Shown: one piece after another, positions 1-9,430 of the stretch
How the letters are laid out: the number at the start of each line of letters is the position of its first letter
How positions within the stretch are numbered: the stretch's first letter is position 1
Assembly: GCA_038831915.1 (NCBI GenBank)
Contig: JAWBKB010000001.1
Coordinates: 64,001 to 128,000 of the forward strand
DNA: 64,000 nucleotides
Reading direction: 5' to 3'
DNA from: Candidatus Caldarchaeum sp.
Lineage (GTDB): Archaea > Thermoproteota > Nitrososphaeria_A > Caldarchaeales > Caldarchaeaceae
Program-made: the position numbers and the translations under genes
The notes under the pieces: model-generated
What the model was told of the DNA's origin: nothing
Databases searched by the model: none
What the model saw: only the letters and a program-made list of their open reading frames with translations

Positions 1-798
1 AGACCAAACTCCGAGAAGAGATTTTATGTATTCGTTGAGTTTGAGAAGCTGTTGGTGGTGTTTTACGATTTTTTCAGGTGCTTTTCCGCCGAAATAAAAC
101 GTTCGAGAAACATGTGAAACATATCCCTCGTACGAGACGTAGACGGTGATTTTGACAAGTTCCTTCTGCCTTATCCCTCGCGTCATCATGCTGTTTGCTT
201 TCAGAAAGGTGTCGTCGCCGAATGAAATCTGTGGGCTTCTCGCCAAATCAGCACCGGCACGGTAAACGGTATCCGCTATCGCTCGGCGAATGTCCGACGG
301 AGTAGTACCGTCTGTCAGAATTTCTCGTGAAATGTCTAAAGCCAGACACGCGATCGACGAAGCTTTTTTCAATAGCTCGATTTCAAGCTCTGACTTGGTC
401 TGCCGCTGCTCATAAACTATGTCCTTGACTGACGTCAAAGAAAGAGACGGATAAGTTTTGATGATGGATTGGTAGGTTTCAACAGGCATCGTGTCATAAC
501 CCAACGTCATTCTTTTGTCGCCAATGTATTCGAGGGCGATTGGAATGAGGTCTCTTCGGCCGAATTTTTCAAGTATGGAGATTCTGCCCTCCAGAGGCGT
601 GCTGACTGGCACGTTTGAGAAAATGTTGACGTCTCCGTCGCCTGAAACCACGAGAACACCGTTGCTGTAACCAGTGTAGTAGAAAACGTTCGCAGGGGAA
701 GACAGCATGACGACTTCGATGGAGGACGACCTTAGGCGTGTCACCAGCTTCTCAAGCCTGTCTTCGTATATTTGCGGGTTCAACCGTTTTGACTCCAT
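1..798 (-). CDS. Aminopeptidase P / M24 family protein (creatinase-N plus M24 fold), runs off the left edge; metal ligands appear degenerate
   Basis: Own translation, not in the ORF track: MESKRLNPQIYEDRLEKLVTRL...SPANVFYYTGY...RQTKSELEIELLKKAS...ELVKITVYVSYEGYVSHVSRT. An in-frame ATG also lies at 807. Confidence 0.75.
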   Translation of the reverse strand, partial: MESKRLNPQIYEDRLEKLVTRLRSSSIEVVMLSSPANVFYYTGYSNGVLVVSGDGDVNIFSNVPVSTPLEGRISILEKFGRRDLIPIALEYIGDKRMTLGYDTMPVETYQSIIKTYPSLSLTSVKDIVYEQRQTKSELEIELLKKASSIACLALDISREILTDGTTPSDIRRAIADTVYRAGADLARSPQISFGDDTFLKANSMMTRGIRQKELVKITVYVSYEGYVSHVSRTFYFGGKAPEKIVKHHQQLLKLNEYIKSLLGVWS

Positions 799-916
799 AA
801 TTTCCATATTTATGCATAGAAGAGGCCCTGAGTTTTACCTCGAAAATTCCACAATATCACCGGTGTAGAAGAGCCGCGGCATGTTGATAAACATCCAAAT
901 AACTCATTTTAGCCGA

Positions 917-3900
917 ATGGTTTGGATAAAATCCATCACGATTCAGGGTTTTAAATCGTTTGGAAACAAACGTACAACTATTAAGATGCCGCTTGGGCTT
1001 GTCGTGATTACAGGCCCCAACGGCGGCGGGAAATCAACCGTTCTTGACGCGGTGAAGTTCGCGTTGGGGGAGTTGAGCGCCCATAACTTGCGAGTCGACC
1101 GGTTCTCCAAGCTTTTACACGAATCAAGCAAGGGTATTGATAACTCGGCTTACGTCACCATTTCTCTCGATAATTCAGACCACAGCCTACCGGTGGATTC
1201 CGAAGAAGTCGTCATCACGAGAAAACTGTATGCCACGGGCGAAAGCGAATACATTCTAAATGGTAGAACAGTTTCCCGAAACGAGATACTCACAATTCTT
1301 GCTGCCGCAAACATCAAGCCTGACGGCCTCAACCTCGTAACACAGGGCTCCGTGGTTGGAATAGCGGAAATGACGAGCAAGGAAATCCGCCAAGTTTTAG
1401 AGGATGCCGCTGGGATATCGGGGTATAGGAAGCGGAGAGACGAAGCCTACAAAGAGCTTGAGGTCGCGCAGAAAAACATTGACATCGCCAAGGCCGCTAC
1501 ATCAGAGGTTAGAGCCCGTGTCAAACAGTTGGAAATAGAACGAAACCAGCTTCTCCGCAAAAACCTTCTCGAAAAAGCCATCAACTCTTTGAAATCAGTT
1601 TCACTAATAAACGAGGCGAAATCTCTCAGAGAATCTTTGACTGCGCTGGAAAACCGAGACATAGAAATCGTGGCCTCCATGTCATCTAAACAGAAAGAGG
1701 CTGATGAAATTCGACAAACCTTAGCGGCTGCGAAGAACGAAGTTGAACAGCTTACAACAAGAATGGATGAAATAATAAACCAGCTTCGCGAAACAGACCG
1801 ACAAATCTATTCGCTCGACTCACAGAAAACCAGGAAACACGTCGAAAAAAATTCTGCGCAGAATGCGTTGCAACGATCAACCCTACAGCAGAAAATCCTC
1901 CGCGAAAGAATTGAAAAATGGCGAGAAAGAACTGCTCAGCTTCAACAACTTTTTGAAAAGAAGAAAGCCGAAGCGGAGAAAACTCTTTCCGAATACACAG
2001 CCCTGGAACAATACATCAGCACATTGCGTAACGAAGTTGAAGAACAGAGGTCAGCAGTCAACGAAGTAGAAAACCGATACACAGCTATTCTTGAAGAATT
2101 AAGGTTTCTCAAAATAAGCGATGATGGAAAATCGCTTCTCATCGAAAATCTTGAAAAACAAATAAGTAGAAAGCAGGCGGAGAAAGCAGAAGCCGAGAAA
2201 CAGGTCATCGAAAACCAAAACCGTATAAACAGTGTACAATCCAAGCTAAACCAGGTCACGAAGGATATCGAATTGAGTTCCTCCCAAATTGCCGAAGCAT
2301 CAGCCCACCTCGAGGAGCTTGAAAAAAACATACTTGATGAGACGGAGAAAATCAGCCGCATCGAAAAGACACTGGAAGAAGCACGGATGCTGAAGACCTC
2401 CATCCAACAAATGGTGGATACTTTGCGAACTGAAGAAAACGGTGAAGTTTCCAACGGGGGCGTTAAGACGGTTCGCTCTGTTTTGGGAAATAAGATGACT
2501 GATTGGCACAAAGCCGTCGTTGGCGATTGGCTAAACGCCGTCGTAGTGGATGATTTTCAGACAGCTCATATGCTGGCGTCAACGGCGGCTGAAAATCGAA
2601 TTCCGTTAAAAATCGTCTTCGAGCCGCTTGATGTAGACGAGCTGGTCGGGGCGCTGGCTCACGGCTCCAATCCGAGAGCCCTCGATTCTGTCAAGAAGCT
2701 TACCGTTATGGACAGAAATGTCGCTACGGCGGACGGTGTCTACGTTGGGCCGCGAGGTCTTATCAGCGTCTTCGCCGAGAAAAACAGAGAACAGATAGTC
2801 GAACACCTAGTCCAAAACCTACAAAAAATACAGACGATCGAAGAAAAACTTTCGAAAGCCCGAGAGGCTAAAAATTTGAAGCTGGCAGATCTCAGAAAAC
2901 AGAGTTCAGACATTCGTTCCCAACTATCGGGTCTGCGGGAAAAAGTGCAGGCGAAAAGCCTCGAGAAAGCTAAGCTCGAAACCGAATTCGAAACCCTGAT
3001 GAAAACACATGAAACATTGAACCAGAGGATTCGTACAGCTGACGATGAGCGCTCACGGCTTGAAGCTGAAAAACGAAAACTTCTGCAACTTGTTCAAGAG
3101 AAAACGGACGACCTTTCAAAAATCCAAGCGTTGAAAACGGAGCTTGAAACACAGCGGGCCGCGCTTAAACGTTTGGAAGAGCTTCTTCGTCAGAAATCGC
3201 TTCAGTCATCCAATCTTTACCGAGCTCATGTAAACGTTGAACGCGAAATCGACGCGCTGAACATCGAGCTGGGAAAACTCGCCGAACTAATTTCCCAGGC
3301 CGAAAAAGAGCTCGAATCAAATCTTGCTCTCGACGAAAAACTTAGCCAAGACCTTGAAAAAATTACGGTCGAAATCGAAAACATCGATAATCAGCTGTCG
3401 GAAATCAATCGCCGAAAAAACGAGCTTGAAGAGACGCGAAAACAACTGTCTTCTCAGATAAACGAGAAAAACATGTTGGTTCGGCAGCTCGAGCAGAAGC
3501 TTTCCTCTATTTTGGTGGAATTGGATGAATTGGAGAAACAGCACAACGTCTTGGCTGTTGAAAGAGTTCGGATTGAAGCTATGCTCAAGACTCTGAATGA
3601 CCGGCTGCAGTCTTTCACCGACCCAAACCAAGAGGAATCAGTGCTTCCAACATCGCTATTCCAGCTGCTGGAAAACGAGTACGCCGAAATTCCAGTCGTC
3701 AACCAGCTCGCCGCTATGCAATACGACTCTATCATCGAGAACTATAGGCTGCGGTCCAGCCGGATTAACGAACTCGAACTTGAGAGAAAACGGATTCTTG
3801 ACTTGATAGAATCCATCAACCGAGAGGAGGCTGAAGCTTTCTCAAAAGCTTTGAAATCGGTTTCGGATTCGTTTGGCTTTTATTTCAACCAGTTGACGGG

Positions 3901-4297
3901 GGGAGAAGGTTTTCTCCGGCTTGAAAATCCAGAAGACCCTTTGGCCTCAGGGGTTGAAATGGTGGTCAAATTCATCGGCAAGCAGGCCCGTAGCACCGTA
4001 TCAATAAGCGGTGGTGAAAAATCTGTTTCGGCGGTGGCGTTAATTCTCGCACTGCAGGACTTAACACCAGCTCAGTTCTACATTTTCGACGAAATAGACG
4101 CACATCTTGACAACGTTTACGTGAAAAACCTCGTCAACCTATTGAAGAAAATGTCGTCGAAGAAACAGATAATAATCATCACTTTGAAGGACATCATTGC
4201 TGAGCATGCGGATGCCTTGTTCGGAGTTTACATGGTTAACGAGTCTTCACACGTTGTGAGGACGAAGTTGGCCGAGGTGGTTGATGTTGGAAAATGA
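917..4297 (+). CDS. smc: Chromosome segregation protein SMC
   Basis: QGFKSF, Walker A GPNGGGKS, Q-loop VTQG, long coiled coils, signature ISGGEKS, Walker B FDEIDAHLD. Start moved to ATG 917 (MVWIKSI). Confidence 0.97.
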   Translation: MVWIKSITIQGFKSFGNKRTTIKMPLGLVVITGPNGGGKSTVLDAVKFALGELSAHNLRVDRFSKLLHESSKGIDNSAYVTISLDNSDHSLPVDSEEVVITRKLYATGESEYILNGRTVSRNEILTILAAANIKPDGLNLVTQGSVVGIAEMTSKEIRQVLEDAAGISGYRKRRDEAYKELEVAQKNIDIAKAATSEVRARVKQLEIERNQLLRKNLLEKAINSLKSVSLINEAKSLRESLTALENRDIEIVASMSSKQKEADEIRQTLAAAKNEVEQLTTRMDEIINQLRETDRQIYSLDSQKTRKHVEKNSAQNALQRSTLQQKILRERIEKWRERTAQLQQLFEKKKAEAEKTLSEYTALEQYISTLRNEVEEQRSAVNEVENRYTAILEELRFLKISDDGKSLLIENLEKQISRKQAEKAEAEKQVIENQNRINSVQSKLNQVTKDIELSSSQIAEASAHLEELEKNILDETEKISRIEKTLEEARMLKTSIQQMVDTLRTEENGEVSNGGVKTVRSVLGNKMTDWHKAVVGDWLNAVVVDDFQTAHMLASTAAENRIPLKIVFEPLDVDELVGALAHGSNPRALDSVKKLTVMDRNVATADGVYVGPRGLISVFAEKNREQIVEHLVQNLQKIQTIEEKLSKAREAKNLKLADLRKQSSDIRSQLSGLREKVQAKSLEKAKLETEFETLMKTHETLNQRIRTADDERSRLEAEKRKLLQLVQEKTDDLSKIQALKTELETQRAALKRLEELLRQKSLQSSNLYRAHVNVEREIDALNIELGKLAELISQAEKELESNLALDEKLSQDLEKITVEIENIDNQLSEINRRKNELEETRKQLSSQINEKNMLVRQLEQKLSSILVELDELEKQHNVLAVERVRIEAMLKTLNDRLQSFTDPNQEESVLPTSLFQLLENEYAEIPVVNQLAAMQYDSIIENYRLRSSRINELELERKRILDLIESINREEAEAFSKALKSVSDSFGFYFNQLTGGEGFLRLENPEDPLASGVEMVVKFIGKQARSTVSISGGEKSVSAVALILALQDLTPAQFYIFDEIDAHLDNVYVKNLVNLLKKMSSKKQIIIITLKDIIAEHADALFGVYMVNESSHVVRTKLAEVVDVGK

Positions 4298-4958
4298 TTT
4301 AGCGGAACAGTTGATGACAGCCCCATGGAGGATACTTTTCGACGTAACGCGAATCGACAGGATAAAAGTCTGGGAAATACAGCTGGCTGAAATACTTTAC
4401 GAATTTTCGCGGACTCTCCGTAGTCAAGGCTATATCGACTTCAACCTATGCGGCATAGCTGTCCATTCCGCCGCTGTCATCCATCGAATCAAGTCGGAAA
4501 AATTATTGCAGGGGGATGTGCCGCCCAAACCAAAGCCCAAACCAGAAATAACCGTTCTACCCCCCATCGAGCTTCCGTTCAAACCTGAATTGATGACAGC
4601 GACGATACAAGAAATAGTCACGGCGTTGCAGAAAGCTTTGTCACAGTCGACGCGCAAAAAGGCTGATTCAGTTCCGCCACAAATTCAGGAAAACAGAATA
4701 ATCCTCAACGAATTTATTGTCAAAATAGAAGAAGAATTGGACAAATTCATCGAAAAGTTAAGAATTTTATTTGGACAGCGGAATTCTGTTTCTTTTTCCG
4801 AGCTTGTTTATGGATGCAGTCGTCTGGAGGCCGCGCAGACGTTCATATTGTTGTTGTTTGCGGCGGTCCGTCGGTATGTTTTGCTCTTTCAACCCGAAGA
4901 CGCCGGCGATTTGGTGGTCATAAGAGGTGAAATGATTGGACAAACTTCAGGAAGGTAA
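4281..4958 (+). CDS. scpA: Kleisin ScpA
   Basis: WEIQLAEI, IHRIKSEKLL, C-terminal FILLLFAA; overlaps the smc stop. Confidence 0.88.
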   Translation: MMLENDLAEQLMTAPWRILFDVTRIDRIKVWEIQLAEILYEFSRTLRSQGYIDFNLCGIAVHSAAVIHRIKSEKLLQGDVPPKPKPKPEITVLPPIELPFKPELMTATIQEIVTALQKALSQSTRKKADSVPPQIQENRIILNEFIVKIEEELDKFIEKLRILFGQRNSVSFSELVYGCSRLEAAQTFILLLFAAVRRYVLLFQPEDAGDLVVIRGEMIGQTSGR

Positions 4959-5538
4959 GGTGCTTGCCGAGGCAGTGTTGTTTGCTAGCGATAAACCTGT
5001 GCCGCTTAAAACCCTTCAAAGAGCTATAGGCACTCGTTCACCTGATAAAGTCAGGAAAATTGTTGAGATGCTGAAGCAGGAATATAGCGGACGAGCTGTG
5101 GAAATCGTCGAACTCGAGGGCGACAGGTTTTTCATGAGGCTGAGGCCCGACCTCATGAACATAGTCAAGAGATACACCCGCCGCAAAGTTCTTCCACACG
5201 GTGTTCTTAAAACGTTAGCCACTATCGCGTATTATCAACCGCTCCCGCTATCAACTCTCGCAGCGATACGGGGTAAGGACGCCTATCGCCAGCTCAAAAT
5301 TCTCGTCGAAAGGGGGTTGGTTGAAACCGAGAAAAAAGGCAGGACTTCTCTGCTTCGGACGACATCCCTTTTCGCAGACTTTTTCGGAATCGAAAACAAC
5401 CCAAACGCAGTAAAGTCCTTGATTGAGAAGATGATTGCTTCTCAGGATGAATCAAGTATAAAACATGCCTTAAAACCTGTGAAAAGCGATGGTTCAGTGG
5501 CACACCGACATTCACAAGAGAAAGAAGACGGGCGCTAA
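4936..5538 (+). CDS. scpB: SMC-Scp complex subunit ScpB
   Basis: EAVLFASDKPV, LKTLATIAYYQP, TTSLFADFFGI. Confidence 0.95.
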   Translation: MDKLQEGKVLAEAVLFASDKPVPLKTLQRAIGTRSPDKVRKIVEMLKQEYSGRAVEIVELEGDRFFMRLRPDLMNIVKRYTRRKVLPHGVLKTLATIAYYQPLPLSTLAAIRGKDAYRQLKILVERGLVETEKKGRTSLLRTTSLFADFFGIENNPNAVKSLIEKMIASQDESSIKHALKPVKSDGSVAHRHSQEKEDGR

Positions 5539-5878
5539 GGCTCATCCAAGCTCGGGCAAGCGTAAAAGGGAGCGAGGCGGGGAAATTCATCTTGTTTCAC
5601 TCGGTAATCCGGAAACGGTTGTTAGGCGAGCGCGGGGCGGGAACTTGAAAACCGCAGTTATTTCGACCAATTTCGCAAACGTGGCCATCGGGCCCGTTGT
5701 CAAAAGGCTTGAAATTCTCCGCGTGATTTCCAACCCCAGCAACAGAGACTACGACCGCAGAAAGGTGATCACTAGGGGTGCGTTGATAGAAACGGCGGAG
5801 GGAATCGCCCGAGTTACTTCTTCCCCGGGCCAAGATGGAACGGTTAACGCCGTTCTCGTCAAACAGGGACAGGCTTGA
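5489..5878 (+). CDS. rps8e: Ribosomal protein eS8
   Basis: KRKKTGA, RARGGNLK, NPSNRDYDRRKVITRGA, VTSSPGQDGTVNAVL. Confidence 0.97.
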   Translation: MVQWHTDIHKRKKTGAKAHPSSGKRKRERGGEIHLVSLGNPETVVRRARGGNLKTAVISTNFANVAIGPVVKRLEILRVISNPSNRDYDRRKVITRGALIETAEGIARVTSSPGQDGTVNAVLVKQGQA

Positions 5879-6162
5879 TTAGACGTGACGGCTTGATTTT
5901 ATGGCCTGTGTATTTTGACGTTAAAGTTTCAAGGAATGAAGGCAGGCGTGTTCCGCAAAAGCTTGCCGTGAATAAAGTTTCTGTCGACGACTTGGCCAAG
6001 GTTTGTAAAAAGCTTGAGCTTGACGTTGAGAAGGTTGACGGAAGCCATCCACGGTTTTGGTTTCGAAAAACCGGATACGTAATTGTCAAACCACGTTCAA
6101 AGTTGTCGAAGCAGAGGTTGGTCAGAATAGTCGCCGAGGAGCTGGGAAAGCTTGGTGAATAA
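5875..6162 (+). CDS. srp19: Signal recognition particle protein SRP19
   Basis: LWPVYFD, SRNEGRRVP, HPRFW. Confidence 0.95.
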   Translation: MIRRDGLILWPVYFDVKVSRNEGRRVPQKLAVNKVSVDDLAKVCKKLELDVEKVDGSHPRFWFRKTGYVIVKPRSKLSKQRLVRIVAEELGKLGE

Positions 6163-6403
6163 ACAGTCGTCGCTTCGGAGGCTGAAGCTTCTCGGCGAGG
6201 TTTTCCGCGTCGGGAGAACACGTGTCGTCGTAAAAGCATATCTGGTTCCAAAGCTCGCGGCCCGTGTTTACGATGGGAAGGGCAGGGAACTGGGTTATGT
6301 TTCGAACGTTTTTGGCCCCGTAACTTCACCATTTGTTTCGCTTAAGCTTTTGGAAGACCGGGAAGTGCGGGAAGGTGATGACATATATATAGAGAAAACA
6401 TGA
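6152..6403 (+). CDS. gar1: H/ACA RNP protein Gar1
   Basis: LGYVSNVFGPVTSPFVSL, in the conserved srp19-gar1-tfb context. Confidence 0.9.
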   Translation: MVNKQSSLRRLKLLGEVFRVGRTRVVVKAYLVPKLAARVYDGKGRELGYVSNVFGPVTSPFVSLKLLEDREVREGDDIYIEKT

Positions 6404-7218
6404 ACTGCCCGGTCTGCGGAGCTACCTCGCATGTTTTAGATAGTTTGACAGGTGAGGTTGTATGCAGTTTTTGCGGTGCAGTCATCGAGGAAAAAACCGT
6501 TTCTACAAAAGCCACACAAAAAATGTTGGCCAATTCAAGAGGTGGCGTCGGGCCTCCTGTAACAGAGCTTCTGCATGATAAAGGGATTGGCACGATAAGG
6601 TCGGGAAGGTTTTCGCCGCGCGATGAGAAGCTATTGGTCCGGCTTCTCGGCGATGTTTTCTGGGTGGCTGACAAAATTTGTGTGCCCAGAGAGGTGGCTG
6701 AAACGGCGGGCGAGCTCGCCAGAAAGGCTGTAGCAACCAAAGCGGTTAAAAAGGCACGGAAAACAACAGCCGCTGCTCTCGTCTACATTTCATGCAGTCA
6801 TCACGGTTTCTGCAGAACCCTTGAAGATATAGCTTCAAACACCGACATACCTGTAAACCAGCTCAACCGTGAAGTGGGACGAATGGTTTTCGGGCTCAAA
6901 ATCAAGGTTAAGCCCCTTGACGTGTCTTCTTTGATTGAAAGGATTTCGAGAAGTTTAGAGCTGAGCCATGAAACAACCGCAGCAGCGTGTGAAATTTACA
7001 GAATTTCGACCTTTTCGAGAAAGCTCGCGGGGCGGAAGCCATCGGCGATTTCTGCAGCGGCTGTTTACATCGCTTGCCGCAAACACGGCGTCAAAACCAC
7101 TATGACACAATTGGCCGAAGCGGGTAAAATTAGCCTCCTGACGCTCCGGAAAACCATAACACTGCTGGAATCGATACTTGAAGAACTCAGAAACAAGGGA
7201 GAAAACAACCAAAAATGA
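6400..7218 (+). CDS. tfb: Transcription factor B (TFIIB) paralog, short form
   Basis: Zn ribbon CPVCG...GEVVCSFCG, LHDKG, two cyclin folds (AAALVYISC, GRKPSAISAAAVYIAC). Confidence 0.9.
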   Translation: MNCPVCGATSHVLDSLTGEVVCSFCGAVIEEKTVSTKATQKMLANSRGGVGPPVTELLHDKGIGTIRSGRFSPRDEKLLVRLLGDVFWVADKICVPREVAETAGELARKAVATKAVKKARKTTAAALVYISCSHHGFCRTLEDIASNTDIPVNQLNREVGRMVFGLKIKVKPLDVSSLIERISRSLELSHETTAAACEIYRISTFSRKLAGRKPSAISAAAVYIACRKHGVKTTMTQLAEAGKISLLTLRKTITLLESILEELRNKGENNQK

Positions 7219-7275
7219 ATAAACATCCATCAGCTTTAAGTTGGAGCTATATAGTTATAATATATTGGATAAACT

Positions 7276-7623
7276 TTGCCAGCTAAGCTTTCGAAACTCG
7301 AAGAAAAGGCTCTCACTCTGTTGATGCAGCACGAAGAAGGAATGCTGCAGTCCGAGCTTTGGCACAAGCTCGGCGTAACCAGTCGGGAAGGCTCTCGTAT
7401 CGGCATTAAGCTTGAACGGAAAGGATACATTAAACGCGTCAAAGCTTTTTCAAACGACCGCTGGACAAGACGTCTCGTCCCCCTTATAAAGCAGATCAAT
7501 ATCACACCTTTGATCGGTGTTCCCTGTCCTTCATGTGTGTATGATCAGGTATGCGGGCCTCGCGGCGAGCCACACTATAAAACATGTATACTGCTAGATG
7601 AATGGCTGAACAGTTCGAAATGA
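7276..7623 (+). CDS. TFE-beta (RPC34-like winged helix plus C-terminal 4-Cys Fe-S domain)
   Basis: wHTH (GMLQSELWHKLGVTSREGSRIGIKLERKGYIKR) followed by PCPSC-x4-C-x10-C-xx-LDEW, next to tfb and gar1. Confidence 0.85.
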   Translation: MPAKLSKLEEKALTLLMQHEEGMLQSELWHKLGVTSREGSRIGIKLERKGYIKRVKAFSNDRWTRRLVPLIKQINITPLIGVPCPSCVYDQVCGPRGEPHYKTCILLDEWLNSSK

Positions 7624-8267
7624 CGAAGGAGCAGTGGCTTCAGCGGAGGAGTGAAGACCCGTTTTGGCGAAAGGCTAAGGAGTTTGGCTACCCCTCGAGG
7701 GCGGCGTTTAAGCTTCTCGAAATTCAGAAGCGTTGGCGTGTCATCCGTGAAGGAGACAAGGTTCTCGACCTCGGCGCCGCTCCTGGTGGAATGACGGCTG
7801 TCGAGTCTGACATCGTCGGCGATAAAGGACTCGTGGTCGCTGTTGATGTCGAGGAATTGAAGTTGCAAAGGCCGAACGTGATTTTCGTCAAAGCGGACGT
7901 GTTTGAAACCCGGTTTGTCCGCGAGCTGGAAAACATTCTCCAAAGTGAATTTTTCGACACCGTCATTTCAGACCTTTCACCACATCATTCCGGAGACTAT
8001 GACCTGCTTGTTGAACAACAGCTCGAACTTCTTGACGCTGTTTTGGATATTTGCCGACGGTTTCTCAGACCTGGTGGAACCGTTGTCTTGAAAGCGTTTG
8101 AACATCCCTCTCTGCGGGTCTTCGAGCAGAGGATGGTGAGAAGCTTTCGAAAAATTGAAAGATACGTGCCCCGCGCCTCTAAGAAAGGCAGTAGCGAAAT
8201 CTTTCTTCTCGGCTTCGGATACAGAGGTATGCGTCGGCTGCAACACGTCGAGCCTACCCGAGCTTAA
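7602..8267 (+). CDS. rlmE: 23S rRNA Um2552 2'-O-methyltransferase RlmE/FtsJ
   Basis: YPSRAAFKLLEI, DLGAAPGG, SDLSP, KAF, SSEIF. Confidence 0.95.
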   Translation: MAEQFEMTKEQWLQRRSEDPFWRKAKEFGYPSRAAFKLLEIQKRWRVIREGDKVLDLGAAPGGMTAVESDIVGDKGLVVAVDVEELKLQRPNVIFVKADVFETRFVRELENILQSEFFDTVISDLSPHHSGDYDLLVEQQLELLDAVLDICRRFLRPGGTVVLKAFEHPSLRVFEQRMVRSFRKIERYVPRASKKGSSEIFLLGFGYRGMRRLQHVEPTRA

Positions 8268-9430
8268 CCGAAAGCTAATTCGAAAATTTTCTCGATGGGA
8301 GCGTTTGTTTTCACAGCCGTTGGGTCGATGTGTGTCTGCGACGCCAAATACCCCGACTGCCTGAGCTTCTGAACGAGCTTCAAAGGCGAGGGGGGATGTG
8401 TCTTCGCTACTTGAGCGATTCGGTCAACAGGATAGAACCCCACAGTGTCTATTTCCTCCGCGATGGTTGAGAGGATTTTGGCTGCGTGGGTTAGGTCATC
8501 CGAATTCTTTAACATCTTGTCCACGATCTCGGGTTCGTGTAAGGGTCCTGTCCAAGCAGGTCCGGAGACAGACATCTGTTTTCCGCATTTTGGACACGTC
8601 GGGTTTGGGAGGGTTAGAGCGGGATGCTGGCTGTGGTATAGGCATGTGCAGGCCAGTATCCATCCCAGTTGTTCGACGAGTTTGATGGTTTTCGAGCGTC
8701 TTCGTGTTACGTGGAAAAAAATACGGATGAAATGCCGGTGATAAACGCTGAGAACAGGTTTCGCAGCGATGTTGTTGGCCGCCGCACGCAAGATGACGTT
8801 GCCGGCGAGAACACGGACCCCAGTCTCTTTCGCGAAAAAATTTTTCCCCACCAACAGGCCGTATTTTCGAAGACACGCGGATGGCTTGTTTCCCACTAAA
8901 GTCGACACATCTGTGGCCGAAACACCGATAAAACCATCATTCTTCACCGCGCGCAAACTGTTTTCCAGAAACTTGACCGGTGAACCAACCGGGTCCACGT
9001 CCACGTAGTCAACTCGTTTCTCCTTAGCAGCCAATTCGGAAAGAAGCACGGCCGCGTCGCCTTCGTAAAAGTCGCATCTATCAATAACACCGTTTATCTC
9101 CGCGTTGTGTTTAGCTGTTTTGACTGCGTTAGGGTTGATGTCGTTTATCAAAGCTTTCGACACGGTGTCGGTTTCGACGAGCAGCCGGATACTTCGGACA
9201 CCGGAGCCGCCGAGTGGCTCAGCGACGACCACGCCGCGGTTGAATGCTCTTGCCAGGACAACTGTCAAATCACGGGATAGGCTGGAAAACGGGTTGTAGA
9301 AAACGGGCCATTTTCTTGGTGCGGCTGGCTCCCCTATCGGCGTTGTCGGAAACGCTGGTGCAAGAAACTTTACACGTCCTTCGCTGTACCATTTGACCGG
9401 AAACCCGAATTCGTTCAGCTTTTCAACCAA
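8264..9430 (-). CDS. trm1: tRNA (guanine-26-N2)-dimethyltransferase Trm1
   Basis: VFYNP, SGVRSIR, NDIN, DVDPVGSP, SATD, GPAWTGPL, KTNAP. Confidence 0.95.
   Translation of the reverse strand: MVEKLNEFGFPVKWYSEGRVKFLAPAFPTTPIGEPAAPRKWPVFYNPFSSLSRDLTVVLARAFNRGVVVAEPLGGSGVRSIRLLVETDTVSKALINDINPNAVKTAKHNAEINGVIDRCDFYEGDAAVLLSELAAKEKRVDYVDVDPVGSPVKFLENSLRAVKNDGFIGVSATDVSTLVGNKPSACLRKYGLLVGKNFFAKETGVRVLAGNVILRAAANNIAAKPVLSVYHRHFIRIFFHVTRRRSKTIKLVEQLGWILACTCLYHSQHPALTLPNPTCPKCGKQMSVSGPAWTGPLHEPEIVDKMLKNSDDLTHAAKILSTIAEEIDTVGFYPVDRIAQVAKTHPPSPLKLVQKLRQSGYLASQTHIDPTAVKTNAPIEKIFELAFG

Noticed and set aside
4165-4190. SMC H-loop reading ITLK rather than ITH
   Set aside because: Leu at this position is normal in archaeal SMC proteins.
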